A stretch of 28,933 bases of DNA, from positions 1 through 28,933 of the forward strand of contig JBHHYI010000036.1 of the NCBI GenBank assembly GCA_046757525.1. The letters run 5' to 3'. The notes beneath the pieces are model-generated. The model did no database searches. It saw only the letters and a list, made by a program, of their open reading frames with translations, and was not told the DNA's origin. A program made the position numbers and the translations under genes. This DNA comes from a bacterium. GTDB lineage: Bacteria; Zhuqueibacterota; Zhuqueibacteria; Oceanimicrobiales; Oceanimicrobiaceae. This document shows positions 24,201-28,933 of this stretch, piece after piece (the stretch's first letter is position 1; each line of letters begins with the position of its first letter).

Positions 24201-25159
24201 TGAACAGACTGAAATTGCTATTAACAGCGCTTGCTGGTCAAGCATTATGCGTTACTTTGTTGTTTTCGCAACAATATGTCATTCAAGCTGGTGACGAGCT
24301 CAACATAACATTTTGGCAACGGCCCGAGCTCAACACCTCTGCCACAGTGAGTCATGATGGAACCATTGAGCTTCCAATCATTGGGCGCATTAAGGCTCAA
24401 GGGTTAACACCATCCGGGTTGAGTGAAAGAATTGTTGAACAGATCTCTCGTTATCGAATTGATGTCACGCAGGCGGCCGTAGCTGTGACAGAATATCAGA
24501 GCAACAAAATCTACGTTACAGGTCAGGTCGCTTCACCAGGAGGCTATTCGTTTGAAGTCATTCCTAATCTTTGGAAAATCTTGCAAGAAGCCGGTGGACC
24601 TTTAGAGACCGCGGAATTGGACAAAGTAACCATCATTCGCGCTGGTAAGAATGCCGGCAAGATTATTCAGGTAGATTTGACCAAGTACTTTGAAGAAGGG
24701 GATGTGTCTAAATTACCCAAACTTTATGGTGGTGATTCAATTCACGTACCGGGGATTACACCTGCTGGACCCGGCGGCAGCGTTTCGGCACGGTCTTCCC
24801 CTTTTTTGGCAAAGAATGAGATATTTATTTTGGGGGAAGTCGCTTCTCCAGGCAGGTACGATTTTGAAAAAGATTTAAATTTGTTGGATGCACTTATCTT
24901 GGCCGGAGGGCCAACAACCGCAGCTAAACTTTCTAACGTCAAGGTATTCAAACGATGGGAAAAATATGCAGGAATGGTGAAGATCGATTTGAAGGATTAT
25001 CTGAACAGTTCAGATCCCGCCCCGCTGTTTCTCCATCCTGGGGATACGATCTACGTTCCGCGAAAAGCAAACACGTCGCAGTTCATATTAACCAATGTGT
25101 TGGTTCCAATTACGACTTCAGCTTTGGTTTTTATTCTGATAGATGTTACGGTGCGATAA
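24197..25159 (+). CDS. wza: polysaccharide export protein (Wza/OPX; Poly_export plus two SLBB domains)
   Basis: YVIQAGDEL.I, DGTIELPIIG.I.AQGLT, VTGQVASPG, LGEVASPG, AGG, L.PGDTIYVP; hydrophobic C-terminal helix. Confidence 0.88.
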   Translation: MMNRLKLLLTALAGQALCVTLLFSQQYVIQAGDELNITFWQRPELNTSATVSHDGTIELPIIGRIKAQGLTPSGLSERIVEQISRYRIDVTQAAVAVTEYQSNKIYVTGQVASPGGYSFEVIPNLWKILQEAGGPLETAELDKVTIIRAGKNAGKIIQVDLTKYFEEGDVSKLPKLYGGDSIHVPGITPAGPGGSVSARSSPFLAKNEIFILGEVASPGRYDFEKDLNLLDALILAGGPTTAAKLSNVKVFKRWEKYAGMVKIDLKDYLNSSDPAPLFLHPGDTIYVPRKANTSQFILTNVLVPITTSALVFILIDVTVR

Positions 25160-25166
25160 ATAGAAC

Positions 25167-26774
25167 TTGAGTTCTGCCATGCATAAGAATTCCATTCTTG
25201 ATTCAATATCTCTTCAGCTCGATGGAGAGCGCAAACTCTTTGATTGGCGCACTTACTGGTATATTCTGCTCAGAAGAAAATGGCTGGTCATACTGCCGAC
25301 AATTCTTGTGAGTTTGGTCGGGCTTTACGTAGCCCTCTCAATCGTTCCGATGTACGAATCTTCAACCACAATCCTGGTGTCCAGAAGTAAATTGTTGACG
25401 CGATCTGTCAGGTCTGTTATTCCTGGCGTCAGCGAACCGGAAGAAATCAGCACCGCTAAACGCTACATACTCAGCAGTGCCTGTCTTGCGCAACTCATAA
25501 ACACCCTGGGCCTTAAAAGGGAACCTGAGCTGCATAAAAATGCGGTAAAGTTGAGCGCTCAGTTCCCCGATTTGTCCATACATGAGATCGAAGACATGCT
25601 TTTTATAGATAAAGTTAGGAAAAATATTAGTGTTATAACACAAGGCAGAGACATCATTCAGATCTCCGCCAAGCATAAGGATCCGCACATCGCCTATTTA
25701 TTTGCTAAGACGTTAGCGCAAGTTTTCATCGATGAGTCCCAAAAGCGCCACTTAGGAGGAATTCGAGACGTACGTGAATTCAGCGAAGAACAGTTGGCAA
25801 TTTATAAAGATAAGTTGCATGTGTCTGAAGAAAAATTAAAACAATTCAAACAGAATATTCTCAGAAATCAAATCGACGACTTAGAATCGGGACAAGCCTC
25901 TTTGAATCGCCTGAAGACCGACGTTGCGGCCATGAACGTTTCGATCGAGGATAAGAAGGGGCAGTTGGCTTCCCTGAAATCCACATTATCCCCGCTACAT
26001 GTACCTCGCAAGATAATCACTAACTCTAAGATATCGCGTTTGAAACGCGATCTCTTCAGCAAGGTCGATGAACTGATGGACATTCTTAAAAGATTTACCT
26101 GGCAGGATCTGCGTGTTATTGCCCTCAATAAAAACATCAATAAATACCGAGACTTGATTGGCGAAGAAGTTACCAGGTATGTGACTGCCAACTTTGGCGA
26201 TAAGAATGTGAATTTTCGCAATGCTCTTGTCACCTGGAATATGATTTCTTTGGAACTGGATGTCCTGAACTATGAAAAAAACTCCCTATCTGCCATAGTC
26301 AAAAAGGTTGAAAAAAGCCTGACCAAGGGTCCGTCGTTTGAGATGCAACTCGACAGGTTGCAGCAAGAAGTTGAACAGAATCGACAAATATATCTCAACT
26401 TTCTCAAACAATCTCGTGGCACTCAGATTGAGGAAGAAATCCAAAGAAAAGATGCTGAGTTCAAATTACAAATTATTGAAAAAGCTAAGAAGCCCTTGTA
26501 CCCCACGGGGAAGAGTCGCAAATTAGTCCTGGCGATGTTTATGTTTGCCGGATTGGGATTAGGTGCCGGTGTAGTCTACCTGCTTGAATATTTAGATCAG
26601 TCTGTAAAAGACCTCGATGAATTCGAAAAGAGCTTTAAACTTCCTGTCTGGGGAGTTCTGCCAGATTTGAAAGAGTTGAATGTTAGCATTTGGCGTCGCG
26701 ACGGCATCGCCTTTTTGTTGGTGTTTTTCGGTACCACAATCGCAGCGACGCTTATATTCATTTTCAAGAAATAA
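25167..26774 (+). CDS. polysaccharide co-polymerase / chain-length determinant (Wzc N-terminal, GumC-like)
   Basis: YW.ILLRRKWLVI TM1, PMYESSTTILV, long coiled coil, IIEKA..P..P then TM2, EYLDQSVK, LPVWGVLP; no fused kinase; ATG alternative at 25179. Confidence 0.88.
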   Translation: MSSAMHKNSILDSISLQLDGERKLFDWRTYWYILLRRKWLVILPTILVSLVGLYVALSIVPMYESSTTILVSRSKLLTRSVRSVIPGVSEPEEISTAKRYILSSACLAQLINTLGLKREPELHKNAVKLSAQFPDLSIHEIEDMLFIDKVRKNISVITQGRDIIQISAKHKDPHIAYLFAKTLAQVFIDESQKRHLGGIRDVREFSEEQLAIYKDKLHVSEEKLKQFKQNILRNQIDDLESGQASLNRLKTDVAAMNVSIEDKKGQLASLKSTLSPLHVPRKIITNSKISRLKRDLFSKVDELMDILKRFTWQDLRVIALNKNINKYRDLIGEEVTRYVTANFGDKNVNFRNALVTWNMISLELDVLNYEKNSLSAIVKKVEKSLTKGPSFEMQLDRLQQEVEQNRQIYLNFLKQSRGTQIEEEIQRKDAEFKLQIIEKAKKPLYPTGKSRKLVLAMFMFAGLGLGAGVVYLLEYLDQSVKDLDEFEKSFKLPVWGVLPDLKELNVSIWRRDGIAFLLVFFGTTIAATLIFIFKK

Positions 26775-26820
26775 CTGAATCTTGTGCAAAATATGAGCCC
26801 CTGAGCTTAGTGCCTTCGAC

Positions 26821-27942
26821 ATGGATAGTTTTGTTTTTAGCGATGTTCTAAATGTGCCCCACGCGTCTTATTTAATTAGAACTTTGAATAATGATTCTAA
26901 GCAGCAAATCATGAGCTCAGTATTTTGTGAGGGTTCTCTGATCAAGTTTCGCCAAGACACTTATAATGGTAATGTGTCAGAAGATGAGCTCATAACAAGA
27001 ATCAAGAGATTCCATAAAGAGACCAAACAGGGTCTGGCAACGTTATTTGAGCTGTCAGAAAAATTTGCGGCCTCCAGGCAATTGGGAAAACGAATCCTAT
27101 TGGGACGTGCTTTCATCAAGAACAAAATGTTTAAAGAGGCTATTGGCGAATTCGAGAGGATTCTTCAAGCCGGTGCCGGCCATTCTATCATACATTATTA
27201 TTTAGGTCAAATACACCTGCAACTGGAAGAGTACCCGAAGGCCGTTCAATACTTAAAACAGGCCATTCGGTTGAATCAAACCTATGCAGATTATCATTTT
27301 TGCTCAGGGAAGGCTCTCTTAGCAATGCAGAAGTGCAAAAATGCCATAGAGGAATTCAACCAGGCTGTTGAACTTAATCCCTATTACGGCCGGGCCTATT
27401 ATTATTTGGGATTGGCCTATTTATGCAACGCCATCAGGAAAGAAGATTATTCTCTGGCGAAAGAGGTGAGTCAGAAAGCCACTCAGTACTTCAAAAAGGC
27501 GGCACAAATTGATCTGAATTATAGCAGCGACGATTTCTCACAAGGTTTTGAACATCTCAAAGAGGGCAGGCTGACCCAATCGTATACCTGTTTTCTGAAG
27601 GCATTGGAGGAGGAAAATAAATCCATTCAGCAGGATTTTATCATTGATTTCTATGTCAAGTATCTCAATGATGAACAGCATTTGCCAATAGATGAGATTC
27701 AGAAATATATTAGGCAACTTCAAAACGCGATTAGAAAATGTCCTCAGTATGCGGACTTGCATTATGAATTGGGGATCGCCTATGTGATCATGAGCAAATT
27801 TCTTAATCGCAGAGCGATACGCAATTTTGAACGGGCGCTGTCAATTAACTCTGAGTTTTCAAAAGCGGAAAAGAAATTCAAACTGTTGAAGAACGAACAA
27901 AGAGGAATTGAGACCCTTTTGAAAGCTTTGCTCGAACCTTAA
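26821..27942 (+). CDS. cytoplasmic TPR-repeat protein
   Basis: TPR units (HYYLGQI..EYPKA, YADYHF..G, NPYYGRAYYYLG, YADLHYELG); no signal peptide. Confidence 0.82.
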   Translation: MDSFVFSDVLNVPHASYLIRTLNNDSKQQIMSSVFCEGSLIKFRQDTYNGNVSEDELITRIKRFHKETKQGLATLFELSEKFAASRQLGKRILLGRAFIKNKMFKEAIGEFERILQAGAGHSIIHYYLGQIHLQLEEYPKAVQYLKQAIRLNQTYADYHFCSGKALLAMQKCKNAIEEFNQAVELNPYYGRAYYYLGLAYLCNAIRKEDYSLAKEVSQKATQYFKKAAQIDLNYSSDDFSQGFEHLKEGRLTQSYTCFLKALEEENKSIQQDFIIDFYVKYLNDEQHLPIDEIQKYIRQLQNAIRKCPQYADLHYELGIAYVIMSKFLNRRAIRNFERALSINSEFSKAEKKFKLLKNEQRGIETLLKALLEP

Positions 27943-27961
27943 CGTAACCACCTGGAATCCA

Positions 27962-28648
27962 ATGCTTGGGAAATATAGGGAAGAATCACCTGAGGCTACT
28001 GAAATCGGACGTATTCTTAGCAAGCTGAAAGCCGCACGCGAAGAACGCAACGTGAAGACGGTCATGATTACGAGTTCTACCCTGGCAGAGGGCAAGAGTA
28101 CTACGGCAGCCTATTTGGCCATCGCATGTTCTAAGTATCGAAACACCAGGACCCTGCTTATCGATCTTGACCTGCGGCGTCCTAAGATCCATGACTTATT
28201 TGGGCTAAAAAAAAAGGGTGGGATCGGGGACATATTGTCCCAAAAAATTCCAACCAACTTTTGCATCAAGAGCACGCAATATGCGAATCTTAAGATTGTG
28301 ACCTGTGGAAAATTGAGGGACATCCCGTCACGACTGTTAAATTCTGATTTCTTGAAAGAAATGCTGGCCGAGTTGAGGTTCTACTTTGACTTAGTGATAA
28401 TCGATACGCCGCCGGTGATCCCGGTAAGCGATCCGCTGATGTTGAGTTCAGAGATTGACGGATGCCTTTTCGTTATCAAGGCAGGAAAAACGCAAAAGCC
28501 CGTCATTCAAAGAGCCATAAAATTGTTAAGAGACGCTAAAGTAGAAATACTCGGTGTGATTCTGAATAACGTGAAACATGTTTTGCCCTATTATTATGAT
28601 TATAAATTTTATCGCTATGAGTATTATGTTGAGAATGAAAGTTCCTAA
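27962..28648 (+). CDS. stand-alone bacterial tyrosine kinase (CpsD/CapB family)
   Basis: Walker A TSSTLAEGKST, Walker A' LLIDLDLRRP, Walker B VIIDTPP, ILGVILN, Tyr cluster YYYDYKFYRYEYY. Confidence 0.92.
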   Translation: MLGKYREESPEATEIGRILSKLKAAREERNVKTVMITSSTLAEGKSTTAAYLAIACSKYRNTRTLLIDLDLRRPKIHDLFGLKKKGGIGDILSQKIPTNFCIKSTQYANLKIVTCGKLRDIPSRLLNSDFLKEMLAELRFYFDLVIIDTPPVIPVSDPLMLSSEIDGCLFVIKAGKTQKPVIQRAIKLLRDAKVEILGVILNNVKHVLPYYYDYKFYRYEYYVENESS

Positions 28649-28702
28649 TTTTAAAAAAACTCCTTCGAGAGAATAAACTTATACGGGCAATTGGAGAAGC
28701 CA

Positions 28703-28933
28703 ATGGCAAAGTTTTTGGTAACTGGTGGTTCTGGGTTCATCGGTTCTAACATTGTAGAACAACTCTTGAAGCGTGGTGAACAAGTTCGGGTCTTAGACAA
28801 TTTTTCAACAGGCCGAAGAGAAAATGTCCAGGGATTCATAGACGATATGGAGTTGATTGAAGGCGATATAAGATCACTGAGCACGGTATACCGTGCCGTA
28901 GATGGCGTTCATTTTGTGCTTCACCAGGCAGCG
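28703..28933 (+). CDS. NAD-dependent epimerase/dehydratase (extended SDR, WbpP-like), 3'-partial
   Basis: GGAG ribosome-binding site, ATG28703: MAKFLVTGGSGFIGSNIV..VRVLDNFSTGRRENV..EGDIR..VLHQAA, open to the window end. Confidence 0.9.
   Translation, partial: MAKFLVTGGSGFIGSNIVEQLLKRGEQVRVLDNFSTGRRENVQGFIDDMELIEGDIRSLSTVYRAVDGVHFVLHQAA

Noticed and set aside
1..28933. CRISPR arrays, tRNA/rRNA genes, transposases, prophage or defence genes
   Set aside because: No regularly spaced repeats, cloverleaf/rRNA signatures or matching protein motifs were seen.

Overview
Gene-dense bacterial window. PorV/PorQ-like, DUF4835-, DUF6913- and DUF5683-like proteins, together with Shine-Dalgarno use, suggest an FCB-superphylum Gram-negative such as KSB1 or Calditrichota (inference, not verified). 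Left part (1-3760, +): end of a hypothetical gene, a truncated remnant of a secreted/beta-barrel gene, and a coupled four-gene operon (YegS/DagK-like lipid kinase, TIGR04282/DUF2064 transferase, WbqC-family protein, DPM1-like GT2). Middle (3885-10017): on the minus strand, a PorV/FadL-type barrel fused to a C-terminal ComEA helix-hairpin-helix (HhH) domain, a coupled large barrel with an N-terminal HhH, a DUF6913-like protein and a GAF-GGDEF cyclase; a divergent DUF4835-like gene follows. Right part (10161-end, +): a polysaccharide locus with a layered sigma54 circuit. A perfect sigma70 promoter precedes a pseudo-receiver enhancer-binding protein (bEBP). Tandem UAS boxes, a consensus sigma54 promoter and a structured leader precede REC, GAF-bEBP, REC, priming glycosyltransferase, four envelope genes, PrsK, PrsR, Wza-like, Wzc-N, TPR, BY-kinase and an SDR epimerase. 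Best candidates for undescribed systems: the twin HhH-barrel pair (possible outer-membrane DNA receptor/uptake pore) and the three-bEBP PrsKR circuit with no exosortase or PEP-CTERM gene in the window. All family calls are by motif recognition; no searches were run.
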